Source of the DNA: Octopus bimaculoides
Taxonomy: Eukaryota
Assembly: GCF_001194135.2 (NCBI RefSeq)
Contig: NC_068984.1
Span: 115,800,730-115,864,729 of the forward strand
Length of the DNA stretch: 64,000 nt
Direction of reading: 5' to 3'
Part shown: in pieces, positions 42,401-56,039 of the stretch
Layout: the number at the start of each line of letters is the position of its first letter
Numbering within the stretch: position 1 is the first letter of the stretch
The notes under the pieces: generated by a model
Told to the model about the DNA's origin: nothing
The model's database searches: none
The model's input: the letters and a program-made list of their open reading frames with translations, nothing else
Made by a program: the position numbers and the translations under genes

Positions 42401-43300
42401 GACATTCAGGACTTTTGTATGTGCACCGTACTTCTTTCTTAACTTTTTCGAATTTCCATCCATTCTTAAGTTCTTCATTCCTTTTCCTGACAAGTACTGA
42501 CACTACACTGTTCAAGGAGTTTATATCTTCCGAAATTCTCCTTTTCCACCACTGTTGTTTATTTCCTCTTCTATCCGTCGCTGTTCTGTTCTCAGTAGTT
42601 CTTAATGCCATCCTTTCTGCCACAATCCTACTAGCAACATTGACAAAATTATTTGTTTGTGTGATGTTCTTTGTTTCAGTGTGTCTCAATACATTATTGA
42701 CTCTACTCGCCTCTTGATTTAATCTCCATTGGTTAGCCTTCTTAAACTCGCAGTCCCTTCTGTATTTAAAGATCTAAAAATTCTGTCTATTATTAATCGA
42801 TCTTCATTGTTTGAGTAGCTACTGATCTCAATTCTTTCACAATTCACAGTATTATATTCTTGCGAGCAACTGTCCATCTCTTCCACTATACCACTTTCGT
42901 TTCTCACTTGCCCAGCATCACCCGATATCCTTCTTTTAATAACTTCTAGCTCCGATTCTGTTAACCATCCATTCTTTCGCATTGCTTTTGCTTGGTCACA
43001 TAATTTCTGTTCAGTAATTTCAAAGAGTTCCATTGCCTTTCATTCACTGTGCATTCGTTTTCTGCACCCTTTGACAGACACGGCCTTCGCATCTACTGGG
43101 GTGCTCCGGTAGTAACACTCCATCACCATCATGTTTATTTGTTTACTTCATTTACGTCTTGTAGCATGGCTAGCAGTTGCTGGATTACGACCGGGACCAC
43201 CATGCTGGACAGTGGGGCACCTGCCGGATGCAGTACTTTCATCATTGGTTCCAGTTTCGTTCACACCGTTATTGTCTTCTATTTTGCTTAGCATTTTCAC
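39451..43300 (-). mobile_element. Near full-length degenerate R4/Dong-like RLE non-LTR retrotransposon
   Basis: N-terminal VMECYYRS..TEQKLCDQ, RT motifs YRPISCL, DYRKAYD, GIFQGDSLSP, FMDDLKL, then IHWELC..RKPDIVV (RLE); many stops and frameshifts; 3' end joins (TAA)n. Confidence 0.92.
40518..40968 (-). mobile_element. SINE family B nested inside the R4/Dong LINE
   Basis: Interrupts the LINE frame between ..RRML and HGAFLPKSD. Confidence 0.88.
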
Positions 43301-43375
43301 TCACAAATGAGGTGTGTTTTTAGGTTACTGAAGAAAATTCTAACTAGGTCCCATCTGCAAGGTCATGCACTTTCA

Positions 43376-43558
43376 TTATGTCTTACTGGCCATTTCTCCC
43401 CAAAATACTTTACTTTCTTCCGCATTAGTAATCACTTCCTGATGTTGTTCCTCCCCTATTTCTTCTAAAAGACATTTGTTCGATTGAAACAACCTATTCT
43501 GTTCAAAACCTTTGCATCTAGCATCATATTCTTTTAATTTGGCCTTTGACACCGTCAC
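43376..43558 (-). pseudogene. Second R4/Dong-like ORF fragment
   Basis: KAKLKEYDARCKGFEQNRLFQSN..NAEESKVFW is homologous to the KAKITRFEQRIKQYRQN region of the adjacent element. Confidence 0.6.
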
Positions 43559-43827
43559 CCTGTCGTGACAAAGAATTTCACATAGTCCTTAAATATACTA
43601 CTACGTTTTATATTTTAATTGAAAAAATCTTCAGGGATGGTGGGAAAATATTATTTTATATTATTATCTACGAACAAAACATTTTTAATTCAATGAAGTT
43701 TCACTTATTTTATTTTTTTGGAACTTTCCTAATCACATTATAATCTATCACACGATACATTTATTGTTTCGATAATAAGATATTCTGTCTCCTAAACATG
43801 GTATTTAAATGTTGTCACTATTTTAAC

Positions 43828-43889
<62 letters not shown>

Positions 43890-43936
43890 ATCTATATATA
43901 TATATATACATATATATACATACATACATACAAACA

Positions 43937-43972
<36 letters not shown>

Positions 43973-44134
43973 NNNNNNNNNNNNNNNNNNNNNNNNNNNN
44001 NNNNATTGATATATATATATGTATCTGTGTCTGTGTGTATGTATGTTTGTATGTATATTTCATAATATATATTACATAATATATGGTGCACCAGCATGAC
44101 CGCAGCCACTTGGCTAAAACACATAAATAAATAA

Positions 44135-44167
<33 letters not shown>

Positions 44168-44920
44168 TAATTTAGTTTAACAAAGCCTTGTATTTGGAAA
44201 ATGACGTCAAAGTAGTAAGTTGTATTGGATACCACGTATTTTAGATACAAAACGTAAATAGACTTACATTTAAATTGACCATTTAATATTTATATATATT
44301 GAATTATTATAGCCTAATTGCTATTTATATTTGTATAGTTGCAGTCGGAACACATCAGCATCATTCTTATTCAAATTTTGCAGGAAACTGATGTTTATTG
44401 ATAAATCTATTATTCAGCTTAATTACAAATCATTAGTCTCTTCGTCCGTGCGGTAATTGTGGCGGCGGTGCTGATAAATACGTGAAATTAAATGAGTGAT
44501 GTTTGGAATGGAGTATGGTGATGTTGTTGATGATGATGATGAGAATGAGGAGTGGTAGGAGGACAACAAAATGATCACTTCTAACCCGAGAAATCGATAA
44601 CTATTCTCTGGTTTAGAAAATAATAATCGTATTATATTTCGCCCAAATAATGTGTAAATTTCCTAAAATAAATATTCACACGTGCGTTATTTTGAAATAT
44701 TGTCTATTGATATGAAAGATGGTACCTTGTAGACTTATCAAGTGTTTAAAATAACGAAAACAAATCTTTCTCTCTTACTCTTTCCCGCTCTCTCTCGCTT
44801 TCTATGTGTGTGTTTGTGTATGCGCGCGCGTGCGTGATGATTTTGTGTGTGTATGTTATGTTTGAAAGAGTCAGAGTGTGTATTTATGTGTGTGGTTATG
44901 TGCGGTGTGTGTGTGTGTGT

Positions 44921-45250
44921 GGAGGTGCAATGGCCCAGTGGTTAGGGCAGCGGACTCGTGGTCGTAGAATCACGGTTTCGATTCCCAGACACGGCGTTAT
45001 GAGTGTTTATTAAGTGAAAACACCTAACGCCCACGAGGCTCCAGCATGAGGTGATGGTGAACTCTGCTGTGCTCTTTCACCAAAGCTTTCTCTCACTCTT
45101 TCTTCCTGTTTCTGTTGTACCTGTATTTCAAATGGTCAGCCTCGTCACACTCTGTGTGGAATGAATTTCCTTGAGAACTACGTTAAGGGTACACGTGTCT
45201 GTGGAGTGCTCAGCCACTTGCGCGTTAATTTCACGAGCAGGCTGTTCCGT
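44921..45250 (+). mobile_element. SINE family C, 3'-truncated
   Basis: Aligns with 37668-37995. Confidence 0.85.
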
Positions 45251-46029
45251 ACATAGTATTGTTCTGGAGAATTCTAAGAAAACAAGAAAATTATGAGTTT
45301 GTTTTAAAATTTGAGATTACATAGACAGTATTTTTACGTAGGATATGGGCAGAAAATCAGAGAGAGACATCGAAAGGAAAACAATTAAGAAATATAATAC
45401 AATACACAAAAAGTGTAGAGATAGAAAAAAGATTGCGAAAATGAAGAATGTAATTAGAATTAAATTGCCATCCAACGAGAAAGGTAGGTTTGAAAGCTGT
45501 TCTGCTGGAAAGAGAGAGAGGAGAAATGTTAAAGGAATTGTTTGGTGAAAAGTTAGAAGTGACAGCGGTACAGTTTTGTTTTGATGAATTGCCGCCGGTG
45601 GTGGCGTTCGAAGATTTCATGAAGTATTTGGTGTAAATGAGGGAAAGTGAGGAAATTTAAGAACTGAATAATTAGTGACATCGTGTAGATTTGTTTTTTT
45701 AAAAAAGAGGGAAAAAAAGGGAAAAACCAACAGATACAAGACAGAATATTGAACTGTTAGTAAAACGTTATATATAAACAGTAAAAGGAAACTGCTTGCT
45801 TATGGGGGGGGGGGGGTATGTCATTCCATCCTCATTTTTATTGTATCCATAAATTCATACGATATGTGTATTTATGTACTCCATTGTATTGTTTTGTACC
45901 TCATTGTACTCTCCTTTCTCTATAAGAGCCATGTGCTCAATAAAAGAAATAAGGACGTCGGTGTTGCCTTGGCGGAGGTTTTCTCTGAGTGATCTTGTTA
46001 TTATTATTATTATCATCATTATTATTAAT

Positions 46030-47075
46030 AAGGCGGTGAGCTGGTAGAAACGTTAGCACGTCAGTATATCATCTGTCTTTACGTTCTGAGTTCAAATTTC
46101 ACCGAGGTTGTCTTTGCCTTTCCTCCTTTCGGGGTCGATAAATTAAGTACCAGTTGCGTACTGGGTTGATCTAATCAACTGGCCCCTCCCCCAGCATTTC
46201 GGGCCTTGTGCCTACATTAGAAAAGAATTGTCATTCCAATTTTTAAGGCGGCGAGCTGACATAACCGTTAGCACGCCGAGCGAAATGCTTAGCGGTATTT
46301 CGTCTGTCTTTACGTTCTGAGTTCAAATTACGCCGAGGTCGACTTTGTCTTTCATCCTTTCAGGGTCAATAAATTAAGAACCAGTTGCGCACTGCGGTCG
46401 ATCTAATCGACTGGTCTCCGCCCACAAAATTTCGGGCCTTGTGCCTAGAGTAGAAAAGATTATCATTAATGTAAGGCGGTGAGCTGGCAGAATCGTTAGC
46501 ACGCTGGACGAAATGCTTAGCGGTATTTCGCCCGTCGCGACGTTCTGAGTTCAAATTCCGTCAAGGTCGACTTTACTTTTCATCCTTTCGGGGTCGATAA
46601 CTTAATCCCCTCGCCCAAGCTGCCCTTGTGGCAAATATTTGAAATCTTTATTATTATTATTATTATTATTATTAAATAGCGAGTTGGCAGAATTGTTATC
46701 GTGTCGGACAAAATGCTTAGTTCTGAATTCAAATTCCGCCGTGGTCAACATTGCTTTTCATCCTTTCGGAATCGATAAATTAAGTAATATTTGAGCACTG
46801 GAGTCGATGTAATCGCCTTACGCCGCCCCTAAAATTGCTGGCCTTGTGTCAAAATTTGAAACCTTTATTATTGTTGTTATCAATAAAGCAGCTGGCAGCA
46901 TCGTTGGCGTAGTAGCTTTTTTTCCCGCTCTTTTACTGTTTGAGCTCATATTCCATCGAGGTCGAATTCGACTTTCATCTTTTCGTGGTCGATAAGATAA
47001 GAACCAAATGAGGAATGGGGTCGATGTAATTGACTAATCCATCCCCCTAAAATTCCTACCCTTGTTCCAAAATTT
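46030..47075 (+). mobile_element. Head-to-tail array of five SINE family A copies
   Basis: Copies at about 46030, 46245, 46473, 46676 and 46943, partly separated by (TTA)n. Confidence 0.85.
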
Positions 47076-47413
47076 GGAATAATTATTACTATTCTTATAT
47101 TAAAAAAAAAATTTTTTTCCAAAATAAACCATATTTCCATATCTCTCGTATTCATTGCTAATATAAAAAAAAAAATCGATGAATAAAGGCTAAATGACTG
47201 TATTGTTATCCTCGACAATATTAGGACGATAAGGGCTTTCAAGAAATATTGATTTTCCAGCTATCAATCAAATGTGTTGATGGAGAGCGTATGAACTTGT
47301 CGACATTTGAAGCAGGTGTACGGCCAATTTTAATCCTTGTTGGCAGCTGCCATTTCCTTTTTCCACATCACCCCGCTTTGCAATACAAACTGGAGTGTGC
47401 ACCCACCTGTGTG

Positions 47414-47507
<94 letters not shown>

Positions 47508-48301
47508 TATGCTTGCGTGCATTTGTGTGTGTGTGTCTTAGTTGGTAATTTAGTATCAGTACATCTATTACAACAGGTCGGAGACTACTCGTGACTATGT
47601 TAATCAAGTACATGACAAGCAACTGAAAGGCTGCTCATTCATACACTCTCATAGACACTAGCTTGCGTCTGTAATGAAGACTTCTAAGGAGAAAACCTCT
47701 GCGTGTGGTAGGTTGACATGCTAGAAATTGCAGCCAAATCTTTCCCGAGTCATACCCTTACCGTCACATTTTCTAAAATAGACATACATACACTGTGTCA
47801 TGATTTGTACATTTTAAAACTGTTCAAAGAGATATCCCCTTCGTTAAATAATTACACCAACAACAACAGCAACAGCAACAATGACAGCAGCATTATCAGC
47901 AATACTAGCAGCAGCAGCGACAACGATAACGACATTAATAACAAAAGCAACAATATATACTCATCATCAAGGCCACCTTAGCAGCATTATTGGATCCTCA
48001 GCAAAGTAATGCAACAGGCCCATATACATAGATCACTATTGGGCTCCTAGACGCGTGAGCACCTGGGCAACTGCTCAGTGAGTTCATGCCTTAAGATGGC
48101 CTCATTAAAATTAATCAGACATGATTATGATAATGGTGAATCTTTGGTCGTTTCTATTCAATGGTTTATAAAGTTTTCAATGAATATTTGTCTCTATAAT
48201 TACTATTCTTGAAACTTACTCGTGATTTAACTTAACTTTTAACACATCTAATTCGTTGCTCTAATCTATATGTAATATATACTGTCAATAATCATGATAG
48301 T

Positions 48302-49325
48302 ATGCTTGATATGGAAAAGGCCACTAATCAAATAGAACAAACAGTAACTTCAGTGAAGGATAGGGAATCTGTGCAATTAGAATATAACAAAAGAATTCCT
48401 AGAAGTAAAAAGAAGAGTGCAGATTTACTTGAATATGTGCCAAATAAATATGTGCCAAATAAAACTCGGTTGAGATTAGCTTTCTGTAATAGCAAAAATC
48501 TAGGACAAATTATAGCTGCACACAACGGACGTTAATTTAAAAGTGTTTATATGAGTAGTAGCAATAATAGTAAACAGAATTATAATTATAGATCAATAAA
48601 CAGCAACAACGTCAACATGAGCGGACAAACCGTGCGTGACAAAACTGGGTATCAGGATATGACTTTGGTTTGACAACCAATAAAGTTGAAGAGACCCAAG
48701 GGAGCTCCACAATTGGTCTGGAAGAAGTGGATATGGATCCTAGAGGAAAAAGTACTGAGTGTTGTCTCTGTGAAGAGGACTAATAGCTTAGAAGATAGAC
48801 AGGAGAATATATAAAAATTGCATCTAGAATAGGTGAAGTGGGTGATCGTGATGGAAGTACTAGAACTTTTAGTTGCGATTGTGCAAGATACGGGGTCTGT
48901 CCGCTTGGCTCTGATTGTAAATATAAAAATGTCGTATACAAATATAAGATTACCTCAGAGAATAGAGAATATTTCAATATAGGAGCTAGTCCATGTTATA
49001 TTAAGCAGAGATTTGCCAATCATTTAATTTCGTTTAGAAAGAGGGACAAAATAAATACTACCAGACTTAGTAAGCTAATTTGAGCACTTAAAGATAGTAA
49101 CAAAGTATTTTCGATTGCCTGGAAAACCATTAGTAAAGCAAAACTTTATAGAATAGGCGGTAATAAATGGAAAACGTTGTGTGGAGTAAGTATACCAAAT
49201 TTTCTTTTCTAAATATACTATTATAAACACTAGACAAGAACAGGCTATGAGATGTCCACATTGGATTAAATATATGTTTAAACGATTTAAAGAAACATAA
49301 ATTAACTTCTATACTAGTTAACATA
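48302..49325 (+). pseudogene. Penelope-like element relic: linker plus GIY-YIG endonuclease
   Basis: RLRLAFCNSKNLGQIIAAHN linker; CDC..CPLGSDCKYKNVVYKYKI..YFNIG..KQRFANHLISFR..TRLSKLI..IAWKTI is the PLE GIY-YIG pattern. Confidence 0.85.
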
Positions 49326-49390
49326 ATGACTGTGATAATTAATTATATTTTTGCAAATAATACTCAGATAATTTCAGTAGTAATACTAAC

Positions 49391-49434
<44 letters not shown>

Positions 49435-49453
49435 TAATAACAATAATAATAGT

Positions 49454-49810
49454 CTTTTACTCTTTTCTCTTTTACTTGTTTTAGTCATTTGACTGCGGCC
49501 ATGCTGGAGCGCCGCCTTTAGTCGAGCAAATCGACCCCAAGACTTATTCTTTGTAAGCCTAGTACTTATTCTATCGGTCTCTTTTTGCCGAACCGCTAAG
49601 TTACGAGGACGTAAACACACCAGCATCGGTTATCAAGCGAGATATACGACGGACTTCTTTCAGTTTCCGTCTACCAAATCCACTTGCAAGGCATTGGTCG
49701 GCCCGAGGCTATAGTAGAAAACACTTGCCCAAGGTGCCACGCAGTGGGACTGAACCCGGAACCATGTGGTTGGTAAGCAAGCTACTTACCACACAGCCAC
49801 TCCTGTGCCT
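49454..49810 (-). mobile_element. SINE family B with internal deletion, embedded in (TAA)n
   Basis: Matches 12878-13270 but lacks the central microsatellite block. Confidence 0.9.
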
Positions 49811-49843
49811 ATAATAATGATAATAATAATAATAATAATAATG

Positions 49844-49905
<62 letters not shown>

Positions 49906-50588
49906 TGAGGGCATAAACCAAACATAAGTGAATTACTTCTGAATAAATAATGTACTCCATACAGTAAAATGTAAACAAAACTGCTAGAATTGATTGTAAT
50001 ATGAATGAACATTTTATAAGCCACGATTCAACTGTAATAGCATTAGAAGTAATTATAAGACCAGAATTCAATTTGATTTAACCTTCAACCGAATACCAAC
50101 ACAGGAAGCTTGTTTGAATTAGTTCACTTTGAAAACGTCTTAAGTGATGGACCCTTCATGAAGTTGCAGCGAATGGGATGCATAATTACATACGGAGCAA
50201 TGTGTAGTTGCTGCAAATGAAACACATGTGGTCATTGTTATATATGTTGTAGAAATATTTTTCAATAAAGAGTTTTGGATGTGAATAAATCTCCACTCTC
50301 CTCTACGTTTTCAATTTTATATAGATATGTATGTATAGAGAGAGGAGGAGGAGACACGTGGGATAGAGAGTCGCTGAAGAGGTCACAAGAACTGTAACGA
50401 AAGATTTCAGAGAAAGGACTGAAAAATAAGAATAAAAATAAAAGCTGAAGTGCAGAACAAGTATATATTTTGTGATTAATTGGCAAAAAAAGATCACCAT
50501 TCTCAAATATATGAATATCTGCTTGAACACGATATCACATCAGGAATCTTGCAAAGCAAATACATAAACGTATCTATGTATACATACA

Positions 50589-50656
<68 letters not shown>

Positions 50657-51297
50657 NNNNNNNNNNNNNNNNNNNNNNNNNNNNNNNNNNNNNNNNNNNN
50701 NNNNNNNNNNNNNNNNNNNNNNNNNNNNNNNNNNNNNNNNNNNNNNNNNNNNNNNNNNNNNNNNNNNNNNNNNNNNNNNNNNNNNNNNNNNNNNNNNNNN
50801 NNNNNNNNNNNNNNNNNNNNNNNNNNNNNNNNNNNNNNNNNNNNNNNNNNNNNNNNNNNNNNNNNNNNNNNNNNNNNNNNNNNNNNNNNNNNNNNNNNNN
50901 NNNNNNNNNNNNNNNNNNNNNNNNNNNNNNNNNNNNNNNNNNNNNNNNNNNNNNNNNNNNNNNNNNNNNNNNNNNNNNNNNNNNNNNNNNNNNNNNNNNN
51001 NNNNNNNNNNNNNNNNNNNNNNNNNNNNNNNNNNNNNNNNNNNNNNNNNNNNNNNNNNNNNNNNNNNNNNNNNNNNNNNNNNNNNNNNNNNNNNNNNNNN
51101 NNNNNNNNNNNNNNNNNNNNNNNNNNNNNNNNNNNNNNNNNNNNNNNNNNNNNNNNNNNNNNNNNNNNNNNNNNNNNNNNNNNNNNNNNNNNNNNNNNNN
51201 NNNNNNNNNNNNNNNNNNNNNNNNNNNNNNNNNNNNNNNNNNNNNNNNNNNNNNNNNNNNNNNNNNNNNNNNNNNNNNNNNNNNNNNNNNNNNNNNN

Positions 51298-51340
<43 letters not shown>

Positions 51341-52199
51341 CATTTTTTTCGATTCCGTGTAACTTAGTTTCGTAAGGTAGTGGATATGTGTGTATAAATA
51401 TATAAATATGTATGTATGTATGTAGTACGTTTATATATATAAGTGCACACACCGACATACGTGTTGTCGTGACGTCATAAGAATTATATAAATCAATGTG
51501 AAAGTGTGAAATAATACTTTTTTGGAACAAACAATTTTGAATGACATAAAACTATAAATAATAGCTTGTCCAATAGTCCAATGGTAGAACATCTGCCATA
51601 TCTACATGAGACGTGGGTTCGCGTCGTACGTGTAGCCCCTGAATTCCTTTTTATCCAAAAGGGTTTTCACCCCGATATTTACATGATATTATTTCTTGCT
51701 TTATGCGCTCCGAAATCCACTCTTTCAAAAAAGAATTATTTCGTATATATCTATAAAAATTCATTGCTCAGCCTACTTATATAATCATATTTGTCTACAT
51801 CAACAAAATTAGTAATATGAAAATTTCGAAGATGATTTTTTAAAGCCTTAAATTATATTATTTACAAATATTGTTTATGTTGTGTCGACGCACCCAAACG
51901 AAGAAGTAGGCTCGACCAAGACATATAAATACAGGTAGTCTGACCGTGGTAGGAGTGGACTGACAGTGGACTGGCTGTTGAGTAGCAGACGTGTAGCGGT
52001 TGAGTAGAGATCATCCGAAGGTGCTAGATAGCAGTAGCTTGAGACATAACAGTTTATCAAGTTGTTCTTTGTGATGTGTCCCTTGAGAACCACTGAATTA
52101 AGTTGTAGTTACATTTTACATGTAATAGCAACTGTAAACGTAAAAGCAATTGTAAAATCAAAAAGGTTGTTGCACCGGATGTTTTTTTTGTTTCCTTTG

Positions 52200-52870
52200 A
52201 CTTGGTGAGTCTAGACGGACTACTGCTATATCCTCTACAGGTCCTCCAAGATAGGTGAGATTGATGTCATTAATGTTCCCCTCGATCATTTGTTAAGTTA
52301 ACGCCTACAGAAAAGATATGAATTGGAAGATAATTCCAGATGTTTTATGAAGGAATGACTGGGTGTAATTATTACGGCAAGTCCTCGAGTGTTGGTGCTT
52401 ATTAAGCACAGCAAGCTTGCGGAGTGGAAGAGAGATAATCGACTCGCGTATGCTTGATTCGTGATAGCATTGGCTCAACCTGCTCTAATGAGTAGAGGCC
52501 GTCATGACATCGGTAGAAGAGGTGCTGAGAAGAAAGGCCCGCACATAGATTAGAGGCTACTGCTTGTGTGTGAGTGACTTTATGCCAATTAATCGAGTGG
52601 CGCTTTTATGGATATACTCTAGGATGTCTGTATATGAGGCAATGCCAGCAAAATCTCAGATGTGACTGCAGTATTCGATTATGTGCTCATCTGTGTTTTA
52701 TAGTGTTAGCAATAACCATTGGATGATGAAGTATCTTCTGACCTTGAAGAGAAGTGCTAGTCTTTGGGAGGCGGTCCTAGCTACGTCTTCACTGAGAATG
52801 TCTCTTCGTTAGGAATGATCAGTGATAACGAGATCTAATAATTTGAGTGATTTTGAGCGCTGAAGTCGAG
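52200..52870 (-). pseudogene. CR1-group LINE RT C-terminal relic
   Basis: ARTASQRLALLFKVRRYF..IEYCSHI..IHKSATRLIG..LFYRCHDG; heavily degenerate. Confidence 0.7.
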
Positions 52871-53289
52871 TGATGTTTATGGTTGAATATAGTGTAATAT
52901 TTTGATGGTTCGTTGGTGTTTACGCTGCAGCTGAATCTTATTTTATTTTTATTCAGTGTCCTTCACATTACTGTAATTCCTGGAATTCAGTTTATATTTC
53001 ATTCCTCAATATTGTCTTTCTGAAGTGTGGGTAGGAATATTTGGACAAAAATACGGTTTATACATTTACTTTTGTGGTTAGTTTATTGGTTTTTTAACTT
53101 TGACAAAAGGCCACGCATTATGGGATGGAAAATAGTCGATTTAACATTGGAATCCAGCTTGTAGTATTCTATCTATGTGTATCCAAATTTACCTCGAATC
53201 AAAACAACTATTTTAAAAATAAAGAGACATCAAATATACTCCCTAAATGCTATTTTTGATATAAAGAAACGATATCTTTTCTAATGTGC

Positions 53290-53588
53290 TTGTTTCAATC
53301 ATTAGGCTGCAGTCATGGGGTGAGGGAACAAATACAGACACAAAGACACACTCACACACACACGCACAAGCACACACACACACACACACGACATATGTAT
53401 ATACACATTGATATAAATGTATACGACGAGCTTCTTTCAGTTTCCGTCAACCAAATCTACTCACAAAACTTTAGTTGGCACGAGGTTATAATAGAAGATA
53501 CTATCCCAAGATGCCACGAAGTGGGGACTGAACCTGGAACCATGTGCTTGGGAAGCAAACTTCTTACCACACAGCCACGCCTGCACCT
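53290..53588 (-). mobile_element. Degenerate SINE family B
   Basis: CTTCTTTCAGTTTCCGTC..GGGACTGAACC..CTTACCACACAGCCAC. Confidence 0.8.
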
Positions 53589-54640
53589 AATGATTAGAAT
53601 ATCTTTGATTAGAGGGTTGCTTGATCAACGCCCACTTACGGTGAATAGCGAGTTATCTTATCAACCAATTGATATAAAAATCAGTCGGTCCCTACGTGAT
53701 TTCAGCTTAAAACATAAACTTGAGTAAGATTCGTACCACTTATAGTCCATCACACCGCCATTTATGCCATCCGTCTTCCTGTGTTAATATGTTAAATATT
53801 GTTCTGGCTTCTTCAGACATAAAATGATTGATATTAAGTTTCCTAAGTTTAATGATTTAGGAGAATGTATTTTGTTATACGTTTGCAGGCTTCAGTTATG
53901 ATTGTATGAAAGAAATCATGCTGTTGTTCTTTAGCCCCAGGTTAGTCCTGATTGAGTAAACATTGGATCAAAGGTATTTAAGCCACAACCATTCTAAGGT
54001 TATATAGTCAAATATGTTCCATTTGTAACATGAGAACATGTGATTTCAGATAATTTGGCTACTATTTTTACAACATTTGGTTCTTGCATGAAAAAATTAA
54101 ATATGATAAAACACGGGTCATTATCAAAGGAAATCAGGACTTCTTATTCGTTGAATATTGACAGGCAACTTGAATTAGGGGCCACCTCAATATCTGTCAC
54201 TGAGGGTAAAAGCTCTCGTATACCATATTACATCGCGATAATTCTTTATAACTTTATAAATAACTAACAAGACCGATAAAATGAATAAACTTCAATACAT
54301 GTAGGACAGGAATGTCAGACATAGGATCCATGGTAATGTTTAGTCTGACCCAAGACACAATTTTATATAAAACAATATCTTAATATATTTTGATTTAAAA
54401 AATTCTGTAAAATATATATCACGAGGAATGTGTTCAGAGTCGGAACCCAACAAGATTCATGTGTAACATGTTTCTGTTTTGTTAAATTAGCAAGTTTCTA
54501 GCGATTATGGATCACAGTTCAGGTAAAACAGTTGATGTTTCTCTCAATCGCTGCTCTTCTCAAGAATTCTATGCATTTATTGGAATACTTTTTATCTTCG
54601 TTTTCTCACTCTAACATTCAAATGAGTTTTAATAACAAGG

Positions 54641-54721
<81 letters not shown>

Positions 54722-55205
54722 GGAAAATAGAAGTTGAAAATGCACTGAGAACAGTTAAAATATTTTTTTATTATTATATTTAAAGATTTAACGGGTTTCA
54801 CAGCTTACACTGATTTAAAAAAAGTGGAAATAGAAAGACGTGGCTTATGTCGCAACTGTTTTGCTTCTGACTAGTGTTTGAAGCTTGTCCTATTTTTATA
54901 GGGATTTCATGGCTCAAATTAGTATATGTTTTGAATAGGACTTGATTGATAGAGGAAAGTCACATGACTGGTCTTGGAAATCTTTGTAGGTTCCCCGCTG
55001 CGTTCGTGTGTTAGTATCAAGTGACAATGTTTGGCGTTGTAAGTTATGGCTAACACGGTTGACTGAGCATGTCTAGTGACGGTACCGAATAACCAACGTT
55101 CTGAATTATTTCTGTCAAGTGTTTGTAGAGAATGAACACGTGATTAAGTTTACAAGCTTTTGCACGTTTCCCGCTACGTCTGTGCGTTAGTTCACGTGAC
55201 AGTAT

Positions 55206-55582
55206 TGTTGTTGTTGTTGTTGGCATTCCGTCGCTTACGACGTCGAGGGTTCCAGTTGATCTGATCAACGGAAATTAACGTGCAAGTGGCTGAGCACTCC
55301 AGAGACACGTGTACCCTTAACGTAGTTCTCGGGGATATTCAGCATGACACAGTATGACAAGGGCGACACTTTGAATTACAGGCACAACAGAAATAGGAAG
55401 TAAGAGTGAGAGAAAGTTGTGGTGAAAGAGTACAGCAGGGTTCGCCACTATCCCCTGCCGGAGCCTCGTGGAACTTTAGGTGTTTTCGCTCAATAAACAC
55501 TCACAACGCCCGGTCTGGGAATCGAAACAGCGATCCTATGTCCGCGAGTCCGCTGCCCTAACCACTGGGCCATTGCGCCTCC
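55206..55582 (-). mobile_element. SINE family C with 13-bp TSD
   Basis: TSD CACGTGACAGTAT at 55193-55205 and 55583-55595; (TTG)n tail on the plus strand. Confidence 0.92.
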
Positions 55583-55980
55583 CACGTGACAGTATATTTT
55601 GCGCCGAAAATGAAGGCCAATAAAGTTTGAGTGAACATGTTTAGCCACAATCAAGGCCCTGTAAGGCATCACATAATCTCTCTTACGTCATCAGTCTTGC
55701 TGAACTTCCCAAGTATTTATATAAAATGAAGTGATTATTAATTGGTGGTACATGTCAACTGAGAAACATTTATGAATGCTGCTTTAACATTCAGTAATAA
55801 ATTCTGTTACGACAAATAAAAAACATATATATTAAGTACACAGTCTGCATCATGATTTATGGTCTATTGTACAATATTAACTAACACAGCCATGGACAGG
55901 ATAACGGTAAACTGCATTTACGCATATATCGGCGATATCAACCGATAATCAAATTGCACACACACATACATACGCCACAC

Positions 55981-56037
<57 letters not shown>

Positions 56038-56039
56038 AA

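Noticed and set aside
28217-47075. CRISPR-like array or prokaryotic system
   Set aside because: The repeats are dispersed SINEs or microsatellites with no repeat-spacer periodicity; the DNA is eukaryotic
47968-48103. Small hAT-like MITE (CAAGGCCACCTTA / TTAAGATGGCCTC)
   Set aside because: Weak inverted ends and no matching TSD
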